A DNA stretch of 64,000 nucleotides from Octopus sinensis (lineage: Eukaryota): the NCBI RefSeq assembly GCF_006345805.1, contig NW_021833018.1:62001-126000 (forward strand). The letters are read 5' to 3'. Below, in pieces: positions 1 through 12,692 of the stretch. How positions within the stretch are numbered: the first letter of the stretch is position 1; the number at the start of each line of letters is the position of its first letter. The notes beneath the pieces are model-generated. The model was not told the origin of the DNA. It made no database searches and worked only from the letters and a program-made list of their open reading frames with translations. The position numbers were made by a program, and so were the translations under genes.

Positions 1-255
1 TCCGCCTGTCAGCCATACTCACGCTCCTGGCTGAATGCACTCCCTTCTCCGCTTTTGGATACTGTCCTCGATAGGGATTCACTCCGTTTGGGTATCTGTA
101 ATCGCCTTGGATTCCTTGTCTGCAGACCTCATCCCTGACGTTGTGGGGATAAAGTTGACACCTTTGGGCTACATCCTCTGTCTTGTCGAATGAGCGCCGG
201 CCAATTTCCTCGGCACACTAAAATTAACAATCTAATTCACAAAGCTCTGAAAATT
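1..255 (+). mobile_element. CRE-like non-LTR retrotransposon fragment (zinc knuckle upstream of the REL endonuclease)
   Basis: Translates to SWLNALPSPLLDTVLDRDSLRLGICNRLG..CRPHP*RCG..GLHPLSC..PRH..INNLIHKAL, the C-x-CG/HPLSC/RH motif also seen in the other CRE-like copies here; contains an internal stop. Confidence 0.8.
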
Positions 256-875
256 TTATGGCGTGAAACATGAGAAAAAATCCCTAAATAATACCAGTCT
301 GGAAAATGAAGCTATAGGCTATATAAAACAATTTTATAAAGCTCTTTAATTAAATGACTGGGTTTCAGTGGCGTACCACTAGTTTGCAGAGGTAAAGACA
401 GCGTTATCGGTTAAATTCTTAGAAAAGTAATTGTAGAGTGCTGTATTTCAGTCACTAAAAACATTCACTCTAATTTGCCGCACTCGTGTCTCTGATTTTG
501 CTGATGTGTCATTTAATCCGAGAAGCCTAACAATAATAAATGTATAAAACTCTTGTCCCCATACATATGCGATTTTCAAAATTCATTATCAAGAAAATAA
601 TACGGCAATCAGTCACTTGAATATGTCAATTTACTACTTTCATTTTGGGTTAATAAATATCTTAGTTTCGTTTAGTAAAAGGGTTTCACTCAAATATAGA
701 TTTAGCACAAAAATATCCTTCGCTTGTTAATTTCAAATTTAGCTATTCGCTGCGTTATGTAAACCTCCAATTAACTTTGGTCTCACAGAAGATCATTGAG
801 GTAGAGGAGATTAATTTATAAATTCCCAATATGTGTGAAATTAAATAATATCAATTTTATTCTCTCAAATATAAT

Positions 876-1802
876 TCATGAATCAAATCGAATGCAAGCC
901 TTTTTCCATTTGCACTGGTTACACCAAGAATCCCTCCGATGAATTCCATAAATTTTACGACATTTTCCTGTTTTTTGAGCTTTTCTGGGCTGTTTACGTG
1001 AAATGGCTTCCTTTTTGACTTTATAAAATTGGGATTTCTTTTATATAAGGATTACGTCAAGAAACCGATTTATTAAACGAATTTATTTTCCCCTTTCCGG
1101 GAAGTACAAATTCCGAGATTTTAGATACTTTCAAATTTCTTTTTAACTTTTTACCTTCTCTTTGGTTTATGCTGCAGTAAATCGACAATTCCAAATGCAC
1201 GTAGCTATATCTAAAAATAAACATCACTAATTGTTTTAATATTTATTCTAATTAAAATGAATCGTACAATGGCAAATTTGCTGGTACTTGGTTGTCATCG
1301 CTTACGTCACTGTCAGAAAAATTTTGCAGTTCAAAAAAACTTTCATCGAGAAAAGGCATGTCCTCGCTTTCTGAAGACTTCTAAAAATTATAGTTAAGAG
1401 GATTAATCTATTCTTAGACAAGCCGCAAAATTATACGAATTATTCTAAGTTGTGTCTATTAAATCGGCATGCATTTTAAGGGTATATTTATTATCTAAAA
1501 TGCTAAAATTGCAATTGACTTGTCAGAAACCATCCGATAGCGATGAAATAGTCATACCGGCATATTTGAATCCTTGTTCGAAAGCATTTTAATGGTTTCA
1601 TTGAGGCGTCGAAAAACAGAATTGTCACTATCATTTGATGAGACATTAGCTTTTAGTTAACATTGTGTAAAAATACCTCCAAACGCATCTTTAAAGTCCA
1701 TGACGTACTGTTCCATAATTGAAAGTTCATTTGACCCACATTGAGTAGATCTAAGCTTGGAGGCATTGATTACAATTACCTGGAGTAACTGTTGTTAATC
1801 AT
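876..1802 (-). CDS. C-clamp domain protein, ZNF395/ZNF704/SLC2A4RG (Glut4EF)-like, multi-exon
   Basis: Last exon reads [36 protein letters not shown], matching the C-terminal C-clamp of the HDBP/Glut4EF family. Upstream exons join in frame through GT-AG introns of about 29, 27, 177, 57 and 28 nt from the ATG at 1802. The middle exons are less certain. Confidence 0.8.
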
Positions 1803-1949
1803 CTTAAACAGTATTACGTACGATGCGGCAAATAGTTTTGTAAATATTAATTATACATGTATAGTTATTTAGGTCCGCCTTTGTAAAACTAATTTTTATA
1901 TAATTTCAATAAAAGTAAAGTTGCATTTAAATTAATTGTGATTAATAAA

Positions 1950-2410
1950 TTTTTTTTTTTTTTTGGAGTAATAAAAGGGTAATTTTTTTTTTTTGTTATT
2001 GTAGTAAATTTATTGTTAATAAACGAAAAAAGTTAAAATGCGCAGCGAATCGACTGGCAATTCCCGCGCATGATGGCCAATGAGATCCTTTGAAAGAGTC
2101 TGATCGACTCGTTGGGATCTTTCGTGGCAACCACGAGCTTAGATCCAAGGCGGAGGAGAAACGATAGCGTCTGCGGACCGATGACTCCAGAGGTTTCCAC
2201 CGCGACTCCTGTGAATAGGTGATTCATTGCCAGGACCCGGTACTTCTTCTGTTTTGTTTGTTCCGCCTGCTTTGCAACTGAGCCCGGTTCCGCAGCGGAG
2301 GCAATTAGATTCTTGGCGGAGAAAGTGTCGGAACAGGTGGCGTCACAGATAAGGCATTTCCCCTTTTCAAACGGGAAGATTGACATGCCATCCGGACGCT
2401 TACCGTTTCA
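1950..2410 (-). mobile_element. CRE-like retrotransposon 3' end (REL endonuclease) with A-rich tail
   Basis: RPDGMSIFPFEKGKCLICDATCSDT..KKY..AVETSG..QRISLAIMRGN; the T-runs at ~1950-1995 correspond to the poly(A) tail. Confidence 0.85.
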
Positions 2411-2419
2411 ATTTATTTC

Positions 2420-3075
2420 CTTCACATGGTAACAGGTCATCCTGTAGTCTGGGCTGAGTGTTCCTTTGATCCTGATTTGTGATGCCCAATTGGGAATTTT
2501 CTGCTACTTGAGTCCAATCTCAGTGCTTAAATTCATGCTATGAAGGTCATTCTCAGATCGACGAACTATAGATATATGCTCTCACGGATGCCTCAATCTT
2601 GAATGAATCCATGTATGTTTATATCACTCTAAAACAATTCCGGCGCAGGATAAAACGACCGGGACATTTTTAGAGTTGCCTCGTGGATCAGATCCAGCTC
2701 AAAAACCAGGAGGTCGTATTTATGAAACTTCTTCACTTGCACTAGCTTCAGTGGGATCTCGTTCTGGCTCCGTATTTAATGACCATTTAGCATTCCTCCG
2801 CACTTTGTTACTAGTCGGTCCACCGTCGTCGACCCTTGTAATCCACAAACACATTTTGGTTCTTCATATATAGGATTGGTTTGCTAAGGAGTTTTTACTA
2901 CACTTTAGCCAACAAGAGGACTCAATCATGTCCACTTTGAATTAATTTATAGTGATATTGTTTGATTTTTTTCTCAATAACAGATGTCGGCAACCTTGCT
3001 GCTTATAGGGCTATTTATGATCCTGATGACAGTTCTAATCCGAGGGGGTTGTGGAATTTGACTTCTGTCAAATAA
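2420..3075 (+). pseudogene. Decayed coding-like remnant of unknown identity
   Basis: Higher GC, broken frames, and an intron-like segment ending ..CAATAACAG followed by DVGNLAAYRAIYDPDDSSNPRGLWNLTSVK*. No family recognised. Confidence 0.25.
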
Positions 3076-3559
3076 AAGAGTTTTATTAGTTCTGTTTATT
3101 AAATTTTAACAAATACAAATTTTTCTTTAAAAAAATCAATTTAATTGAACACAAAACTTTGTAAAAATTGCCTAAAAATCTACCTACAAATAAAATTTGC
3201 AACTTTATTTATATATAAAGTAATTTGAACAAATTAAAGTAATTTTATTCATCTTTTATCAAATTATTCACAATTAAATAATATTTTACATAATTCGTTT
3301 AAGATTCCTATCTTTGACTAAGATTTTGTCAAGAATCAAAAATGATGGTTCCACTGCGCAAGATGAAATGATTATCAAAATTCATTACTTTTGTGATATC
3401 ACTACAATTTATTTCTTTGTGAACCTTCGCAAAATGGCCAATTTTTAAATTGGTCATTTTTTTCAATTTACTAGAAAAAATTAATTTTCTTAGTAAGACA
3501 GACACGTTATACTCGGCTCACTTTTCTGAAAAAACACAAATTATAAACTACAAGGAAGA

Positions 3560-3823
3560 AAATGACAGTGTTTCGTGTTAGCTTATGGCTGACAGATTCT
3601 CACATTCTATTCTTCAAAACTTGGATTGTATTAAGATTTTATTTTTTCCTAAAAATTCTACTGGATTACTACAACCAATGGATATTGGAATTATAAAAAC
3701 CTTCAAGACTCATTTTATGAGAAGAAAGCTACAGTACTTAACTGATTTGCTGGAGACTGAAAATATTTCTGTATACAATTTATACAAAAATTGACATTAA
3801 AAGATGCAATTTTGTTTGTAAAT
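3560..3823 (+). mobile_element. pogo/Tigger DDE transposase fragment (5' part; continues at 13457)
   Basis: FFPKNSTGLLQPMDIGIIKTFK motif; LKDAILFVN joins in frame to MGWGNVSTEIIQNCF at 13460. Confidence 0.85.
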
Positions 3824-4019
3824 ATGTCACATGGGCGGCGCGTTACGCATGGGCGGCCTGTTACATTTTTTGACCTTGAAAATGCCTTTTGATTATTATC
3901 CGACATTTAATTTTGTATATTCGATTTTTATCGTTATTTATCCTATTAGATTAGTTTTTTATTTATAAATGTTATCATTATAAAGATTTTATTTTTTATA
4001 GCGGCAAACCTTAATTTCT

Positions 4020-6154
4020 CCATACAACACCAAGGACAAGCCTACCTTCCCCGATCTGACCCTCTGTTCTTCCAACCTCGCACCTCTGGTCAAATGGGGC
4101 GTTACCTACGATCTACGGAGCGATCACAATCCGTTAATTATAAAAGTCCAAGTCAAATCACCCATTAGAAAGGGGTTCCGCAACCTGAAATACGACTACA
4201 AGCACGCAGATTGGGTCAATTTTGCTTATTCCATTGACAAAGCACTGGTTAACTTTGATGTACATGATTTCGACTCGATCGACAACGCCCTCAAGCACTT
4301 CTACCGAACAATTTTGATTGAAAAAAAATCATTCTTAAGAATGAGGAAAATTTATCCAAAACCAGTAAGAAAATTTCCGTCGGGGATTCTACTTCTAATC
4401 GAGGAACGGAACTCATTGAAAGGTCGCTCTCATCTTACAAAAGATAACCGGCACCGGATCAGACTACTGAACAAAGTCATAGAACAATCTGCAAAAGACA
4501 AACGGTACGGGAGGGCCGAAAAGTTTGCCAGAGGATTAAATGCGGAGGTCCCACTAACAAAAGTATGGGCATCCCTAAGAAGATTCACAAACCCTGAGAG
4601 ATTTAAATCGAGTGAGGATAATGCGGTTCCCTTCACCAACAAACTGATAAAGTTCTACGCTGGGATCAGCAACATCCCCCACAGGAAATACGATGGACCA
4701 TGCTTGAAGTCGTTGAAACCTCGAAGATGTTGGGACTTGATTATCCTCACTCAAGAGGAGGTGTCTCAGACCGTCAGAAATTTAAGGAGCACTGGCTCTT
4801 GTGGACCTGACGGAATTCCTACTATTCTGGTGAAAAACCTAGAACAGGTGGCAATATCAGCTCTTTGTCAAATTTACAACTTTTCTATAAACAACAACGC
4901 AATACCCACACTATGGAAAATGCCACACATTCGCCCTATTCTGAAACCAGGGAGACCAAAAGACAACCCGGCGTCCTACAGGCCAATATCTCTCCTCTGC
5001 GTCCTTTCCAAAGTTCTGGAAAAACTTATACTCAACCACATCAAACAATATCTCCCGGATTTGGACTTTCAACATGGATTTAAATGTGGTAAATCAACTA
5101 CCTCGCACCTTATCACTTTGACGAACTTCATCTCAGATGGACTATCTACCAAACCGTATAACCAAAAAACGGTTATGTGCTCAGTGGATATCCATAAGGC
5201 TTTTGACTCCGTTCCCAGAAAAATACTGACCAGGAAAATATACCTTAGTGGAATTCACCCAAGACTGAAAATGTGGCTAGCTAACTTCCTCAGCGGCCGA
5301 AGAGGCAGGATCCAACAAAACAATACAAGATCGATGTCACGATATTTTCCAAACGGAGTCCCTCAAGGCTCACCCCTTTCACCAGCCCTTTTTAACTTAT
5401 TCTTATCGGATCTCCCGCTACCAAACGACAAAGACTCAATCGTACTATCATACGCTGACGATATCGTAATTGCTACCCGGAGCCGTGAGGTGAACACGGC
5501 GAGTACAAAACTGCAGAACTACCTTAACAATCTCGAAAGTTGACTCTCGCTAAATCGACTATCAACGAGTCCGGAAAAATCGGTCACCACGCTTATGACT
5601 TCAGCAAGGAAGCTTGGGAAAACGGTGGTGAACCTGTATCTAAATAACATGGAAATCCCGTTTAAAAAATCCCAGAAAATCCTCGGGGTGACTTACGATA
5701 GTCATTTGTGTTTCTCCCAACAAGTTGAAAATGTTACAATTAGCTACATGAAGAAACTGAACATCTTAAAAGTGTTCCTCCGAAAATGCAAACAATGGAT
5801 CAGCTTCCCCACACGCCAATCAATCTACCGGCAATAAATCGAACCCTCCATTATTTATGCTTGTGGGGATGGTTTGTCAGTGAACGAACCGTGAAAAATC
5901 GAAAAAACTCAAGAAAGATTTCGAAAAGCACTACTAGGACCGAATGAACATCTACTCATCGCCCCATTTAATGAAATCTTGAGAAGAAACCTCGGGGCTA
6001 CAGGCCCTAAAACACCACCACCGCGCCCTCACAGAAATTGTGATGGGACAAGGGAGGAGCACCGGGCAAAGTTGAGGACCCTCCTCAGAGAAGCCGGGAT
6101 CACCTGATTAATTAGTTTTATGTTTTGGACGGTGATCTTGGTTCTAATAATAAT
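4020..6154 (+). mobile_element. 5'-truncated APE-type LINE (RT ORF 4314-5543), inactivated
   Basis: End of the APE domain (SDH), RT motifs YRPISLL, FQHGF, GVPQGS, YADD; (TAA)n tail; 14-bp TSD AAACCTTAATTTCT at 4006-4019 and 6155-6168; stop at 5541. Confidence 0.95.
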
Positions 6155-6183
6155 AAACCTTAATTTCTAGCGTGATATTTAGC

Positions 6184-7098
6184 ATGAATGATTATTTTGT
6201 TGCAATGGCTTCTTACAAGGGTTTTGTAAAAGATTGCGTTGAATATCAAATTTTAAAAGATGCTTTACATGATAAATTTCCCGAAAATCTTCCGAGGCAC
6301 CGAAAATATTGACTTATAAAGAAGATGGAGAATTTCACTATCATGAATGATAGGTAATGTAAATCTGCAATAAATTTACAGACTTTATCTTAAATCATCG
6401 CAAGTTAGTCATCACCCTCCCTAATGAAACCGAAATGGAGCTTGTGGCGAAATCATTACATGTGTTTTCTCACGGAAGAGTAAATAAAATTAAATATGAA
6501 TGTCGACAAAGATATTTCATTATCAAGAATGAGATTATCAGAAAAGTCATTCGAAATTGTAAAGTTTGCAAATTTTCGCGCCCTTTAAAAGTTCAAGATT
6601 TTTTTTAATTGTAGATTGGAGATATAAATCACCATGTGTTTGCTTCTTGTCCAAATGAACGTTTTCAAATAGACATAATAGATCTGAAAAGATTTTCAAC
6701 ACTAAACGAAAATTTCAAATGGATTTTAACGGTCATTGACATTTATAGTAGGTTGGTTTCTTGAAATTTTTTTATAAATTTGCATTTGCACGATCACTTT
6801 ATAATAAGTCTGGTAAAGAAGTGTGTCAAAACTTGAGATCTTTGTTTCGCCTAAATGGACCATGCAAATTTCTTCAATCAGACAATGGGTCTGAATTCAA
6901 AAATCAAGAAATAACACAACTATGCGTTGATTTTAACATCATACAAATCCACGGAAGGCCCAATAATTCTCGGGCTCAAGGAATTGTCGAAAGATTCAAT
7001 CAAACGATAACCAGGAAGTTGAAAAAAATGATGGACAACAGTGAAAAAAAGTGGGTTGATAAATTAGAAAATGCTGTGTACAGTTATAACATATCTGT

Positions 7099-7134
<36 letters not shown>

Positions 7135-8862
7135 CTGTGACAGTTTATAAGGTAAAGAAATCACTAATTAAGAGGCGGAACCGCAGCCGAGAGGAGGATC
7201 GAGGAACAGTTCCCCCTTAGAACTGCGAGAGAGATGCGCTCAAAAAGCCACATCAGTTCACGGGGGTCGTTCCTTGCCCTTCCCAATGACCTTCCGATCT
7301 TCGAGAGGAAACGGAGAGTAGACGGGCCAAGTACACCGGAAGTTTCCACTGACACCGGTTCGAAGATGAAACGGTCCATCAGGGAGGCGTACTTAGATGC
7401 CTTCTTCGTCTCCGCCCTCTTGGCTGCTGAGCCAGCCTCGACCGCCGACAAGGAAAGACATGATGATGCGAAAGTATCAGAGCATGTCGCATCCCAGACG
7501 ATTGCTTTCCCGTTCTTGTAGGGAAAGAGTGAGACCCCGTCAGGTCTCTTACCATCCTCCCTTAGAAGGCCAGGAGGCTCCAGCTGACAGGAAATCCGGC
7601 TGCTTCAAGTGCATGTTTTACTACGGAATTTAATTCAGAATGCCTGGGAATCCGGCCAGGGCTTTTGCGACAGGAAAGTGGATGGAGACCTTTCCGATCT
7701 ACGACAGAACCACAGCGGCAAGTGTGTGGAAAGCAGATGTCCAGACCAAGTCTAAGAGAAATGCCAATCTGCACACTTTTTGGGCCAGCAGGGTTCCCGT
7801 ATTTCCGGAAGGGTATGCGTTGAGCCAAGCGCCACTCCATTCGGAGGATGCGGCCAAAAGACAAGCGCGCCGGTTGATCACAGGAGGATAATAGCGAATT
7901 GTATAACTGAAGAAACATTGTTTCCGTCCACGCCTTTGTATAGCAGGGATAGCAAGGAATGTCGAAGCCACGGGAAGACCAAACTTCGATACCATGAGAA
8001 AGCTCTTGGTCCAGAACGGATTCGGAATGGGGAGAAAGAATCCTAAGGACAAGCGGACTACAGCGGTATGACGAAGAAAGGTAGAAAGGGAGAGCCAAAA
8101 CAGAAGGAGCTTGCAGACCTAGTCCGCCGTGACGGACTGGCAGGATCGCTTGTTGCCACCCGGCATCATCAAAATTGACATTAGTATTAGCCGAAATTGA
8201 GTTTCTAGCAAAAGATCGAAGTGCTGAAGAGCACAATGATGGCGGTGACAAGGGGCGGACTGTAAGAAAAATTGTAACCGAGGGAAAGCAAGGAAATTTT
8301 TGATCAGGAAGAAGGCAGCATGTGCGTCGACTGTTTTAAGTGTGGCTATAGATTCTTGTATTTTTGTGAGCTTAAGCTCCAGGAAGGAAGGGATAGCCGA
8401 GGAAAAGATTGGGGAGCCAAGGACAATAAGATCAGAGGATGTAACAGCCTTGATATTAGGGAGAAGCGAATTAAATAATGGATAGATAGATGTGTTAAAA
8501 TAATTGGGATCATAAGAGATGTTAAAAATCTCAGATTTCGAAGGGTTTATAGACAGGCCAAGGGAAAAAGTGCGGGGATTATATCTGTCCATTTATTTTC
8601 TAACGAAAGTCCTTTCGAAAGATATCAAGCAATAAAGGGAATAAATTCAATAATCCATGGTTATACATATATCTTATGTCTTAGATAATTTAAGTGATGA
8701 GTGTGTGACTTTGGAAGAAATGGATGATTTGGTTAATTGTTCGACTCCAGAATCTATTGAAAATTCTTGTAATTTGATTTAAAATATATATTTAGATTAT
8801 TCCCAGTCAGACAATTTGTTGCCAACTGCGAAGAGATTCAATTTCGAAATTAACCCAATTGA
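6184..8862 (+). pseudogene. Ginger-like transposase (H2C2 zinc finger + rve integrase core) with micro-introns, split by a CRE insertion
   Basis: H..H..C..C, ERFQIDIID, LQSDNGSEF, QGIVERFNQT, YNISVH; introns at 6354-6381 and 6591-6614; one in-frame stop. Confidence 0.85.
7105..8580 (-). mobile_element. 5'-truncated CRE-like retrotransposon
   Basis: End of RT, GGLG, HPLSC, RPDG..WDAT, ETSG and RGN motifs; poly(A) tail of about 30 nt; TSD ATATCTGTCCATTT at 7091-7104 and 8581-8594. Confidence 0.95.
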
Positions 8863-9535
8863 TAAGACAACGAAAATCGTTAAGTCCCAGCGGCAAGGAC
8901 GCAGTGTGCGTTGCCCCGAACAATGGCCAGACCGATGCGCTGGCGGAACCAGAGGCCCTCCCTCGTGTCCTTGAGCCTCCTCCCAATGGACTGCCCGACC
9001 TCGTTGAGGAACGAGTCAGTCTCCTTTCCCGCAGCTCCAGCGGTCTCCAGGGCGATTGCCGTAACGCGGTAGCGGTCCGCGAGCGAAGAATATTTTTGTA
9101 TTTTGATCTTTTCGGCGTGGTTTGCAGCCGAACAAGGGTTTGCGGCGGAATGGATCCTCGATTTTGAAAAGGTATCCACAACGGTAACATCCCATACGAG
9201 GGCCTTCCCCGACAAGTACGGGAATATTGTCATCCCGTCAGGCCTTTTGCCATCTCCCCGATCGAGTCCGACCGGTTCGAGGAGGCACGAATGGCCCGCC
9301 GATTCGAGACCGGCCTTCACGATTTCATTGAGGGCCTTGTGTCTGTGTTCCCTGCCTGCGCTCCTCTTCCAGGAAAGTGGGTGCAGTCCCTTTTCGTCAA
9401 CGTCCTCACCGCATCTGCAGCGGTGTTTTACGCAAACATCCAGGCCGGTACGGTGAGCGACTCCGATGCGTATGGCAGCATCGTCTAGCCACGTCCCGAT
9501 GCTGGAAAGAGGAAGAGCATTCAGCCAGCTCCCTT
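8863..9535 (-). mobile_element. CRE-like retrotransposon 3' fragment (distinct family)
   Basis: ORF 8880-9320 EPVGLDRGDGKRPDG..WDVTVVDT..ETAG..RGN, with upstream SWLNA and C-CG motifs. Confidence 0.9.
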
Positions 9536-10199
9536 AACGATTTTCGTTGTTAATTAAATATCTGAAATTTAAAAAAAATAATAAAAAATCGCTATAAAAA
9601 AATCAACAGCTAATTTAATCCCAATCTACCTCCCAACAAATTTATCTATAAAATAAGATAAATAAACCAGAAATAATCAGAGTAAGTAAATAATCACACT
9701 TGCTTGTCTAGAAATACACAAAACCAACCGTATTTATTAGGATCGAAATTATCGAATTTAATAGTCATTTAGAACGTCTTTTGCGCATCTTTAGGTACTC
9801 AGTTTTTTGTACTGTTAAACGTAAAAGTCACAGCAATCCACTTTGTGCCGACTCTAAAGAGAACTGTCTGGCATATTTTAGTTAAGGATCATATTCCATT
9901 ACATTCCAAAACGAATCAGTAACCACCAGTATCTTTTTCAATGTCTTTAAAAAGTTGATCAGGTACACACCTATTGACTATCGAATTCGTGCAGGACATT
10001 TCCTCAAGTTGGGGTGATTCCCGACCATCAACCGCAGAATCTTTCCAGCAGTAGCGACAGGATTTGCGGATTTTTCCTCAGCTTGCTAAAACCTTACTGA
10101 ATTGAGGTCCACCCGATCACATTAACCATCTATTATTAATTTAAGTTATTAATTAAATAAAAATGTTTAAAAAATTGACTAAAAGTCCATCGTAATTGT

Positions 10200-10470
10200 T
10201 CTTAAGATTTTTTGGCGTTTATTGTGGCCAGCCTCGAACACCAGATTGATGCTAAGAGATATGTGAACAAAAATATTTCTGGGTAGATAACTTCCGATGC
10301 AAGATATTCCAAAAAATTAGGAAATTCAATCTGTACGGTTTAAACCAACAGGCTCCATTTGAGTGGGAAAGCATTCTGATTTTAGAACACATAAGCCAAT
10401 TGTGTCTAGTTTGGAATCTCCTTGTTGATTAAACTTTATTTCGTTATCTCTCCAGATAAAATCCCTAAAT
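10200..10470 (-). mobile_element. Heavily decayed CRE-like fragment
   Basis: Minus strand reads FPTQMEPVGLNRTD, the EPVGL.R.D motif. Confidence 0.45.
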
Positions 10471-10869
10471 GAGTGGTACATCAGCTTGTTCTATTGATTA
10501 GCGTCGACTTTCATATTGATTATCAAATTCTCAATTTATAAATGTAAGCTTTCATGTATTAGGTCTCAGAAATAACGATTTTAACTATTATAAAACCTAC
10601 CTTTTACAACATTTACAGTTTATCAATGACAATTTAAATCCTTTGGGGACTATTGGTTTGTATTCTTAGATCAGCTTTCATGGGAACCAACTCGAAAATG
10701 TTAGCAGGTAAAAGAGTGCGTGTTAAAAACATAGTTGAATTATTAAAACTATAAACGAATATACTAGTTGTAGCCTTGATGTTTTACAGTTATTTGACCT
10801 GCCGATATGTTAGCAAAATAAACGCGGTTTTTCGTAGGCTATAAATACCGATTTTACGAAAGATTATTA

Positions 10870-11385
10870 ATGTCGGAACAGGAGAATTGTAAATGCAAGA
10901 GGATTCCATGTACATGTGTAAAACAAGAAAGCCCCTGTACTGAGTTTGAATTTATCTTGCCTAGGGTGGGAAACGACTGACAATAATCGAAATGAAACAC
11001 AATCGACTAGATATTTTGATTTCAATAATCAAAGTTATCCGACTGGGCCGAATGATTTTAATTATTTTCAAAATTCGTATTCTCAGCAATGGACCCAGAA
11101 TTTCCAGAATTGTATTCTCCGCAATGGAACCAGAATTTTCCACATTGAATCAATTTTGGAGAATAAAGCCAATTCGTTTATTATTTCAAATTATTTTTAG
11201 GTATCATTGACATTTCAGACTCATACGAAAAGTATTGGAGAGAAGCAATGCTATCACAGTTTGATTTCGATATTGAAGTAAAACCAAATGCGGGTTGTAA
11301 GAATTATATTTACAAAAAAAATGAAAATGGTTAGTTTTTATCAGTTTTAAATTATATTTAGATAAAAAAAAAGATGACCGGGTAA
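10870..11385 (+). pseudogene. Intron-containing cellular-like gene remnant (Cys-rich N-terminus, Asn/Gln-rich body)
   Basis: MSEQENCKCKRIPCTCVKQESP, three GT-AG micro-intron candidates, and a 35-bp imperfect tandem repeat near 11078-11148; frames do not join cleanly. Confidence 0.4.
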
Positions 11386-12499
11386 ATTTAATAATATTAA
11401 TTAAACTTATTTAGACAAATCCTCCGGTTTGGTTTTTGCGTTCTTAGCTTCTTAATAATGGCTGTTTTTTTTTTGCTTTCTTTTCCTAATACATGCTTTG
11501 ACCTTTGAGTAGTATTTACTTTGATGATGATCATGAATTTAATAATAATATAAAAATCGATTAGAGTAGATATTGTATTTAAATATTAAATTGACTGTGA
11601 GTTTAATGCATTTTTTAAATAACTCTATACCATTAACGTCAAACAAATCAAATTACTACAGAACTACATTTTTACACAGTTGGAGTGCAAAAAAGCACTC
11701 AAGCCCTTTAACGAAATCGTGTCCTTAATTTGAATACAGAGGGGAATTGAGATTCCATGTTATTGTTTTCTTCAGTCATGGCGTTATAACTTCAAAAGCC
11801 AAAAAATTCCAAATCTTTATAATTTTTATTTCAAGCTAACTATCTCCCCACTCCGTAGATAACCTTCATGATATAATTTCTACCTTTTTTGAAATATGAA
11901 ATTATAGCTTTCATTTAGAGATAAAAACCAACTTCGTTATTAATATCGTGCAGTTGTATTGAGTTTTTGTATAAACAAAATGTGAGAAAATTTAAATATA
12001 AACTTAGCATATCTCCTTATGTGCCAAGTGCAATTTACTAAAATAATTCGCTTTTACGTTGTCGAAAGCATGTCGTTCAAAATCTGACATTAGTAGCGAA
12101 CATCAAAAAGCAATATACTTAGATATTTCCTTGGATCTCCTTTTTTCTCGTAATTATTGTCCAGGAATGTCTAATTTTTTCTACTAGAGCAACTGTGTGG
12201 ACTTTTCTAGATCAATTTAACTCCCTGCTACGGTAAAATCAAAGATCTAAAATAATTGCTTAGAAAGTATTTATTGAACGTTTCCTTTGATAAAGATCAT
12301 AGACATAAATACTTTTTTATGTTTCTTTCTGTCACTTTCTGTGTTTCTTTTGGTGGTCGAGAATGGGTGAAGAGGAGACTGGGTCTAAGTGGATCACGAA
12401 TGTAGTTATTAAAGTAAATAACCTGAAACTTTGAAAACATATAATAAACATATACTTATACTTAGCTATCTTGTCGCGATACTTGTTGAATATATGTTT

Positions 12500-12690
12500 G
12501 TGCACAAATTCTGGAGCTTTGAACTTTTGAGGATTCTTTGGTTGATCGGGAAGCTCATTGGAAAAAAGACAAATGACTCCCGGGAAACCAGCTGGCTGTA
12601 CCAGAGGGTATCGATAACAATCTTGCAAGGAAACTCGTTTGCTATCCGCGCTGCGGCCACTGGCGAATTCTGATTTGCGAGTTTTTACAA
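12500..12690 (+). mobile_element. CRE-like 3' end
   Basis: IGKKTNDSRETSWLYQRVSITILQGNSFAI. Confidence 0.8.
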
Positions 12691-12692
12691 GG

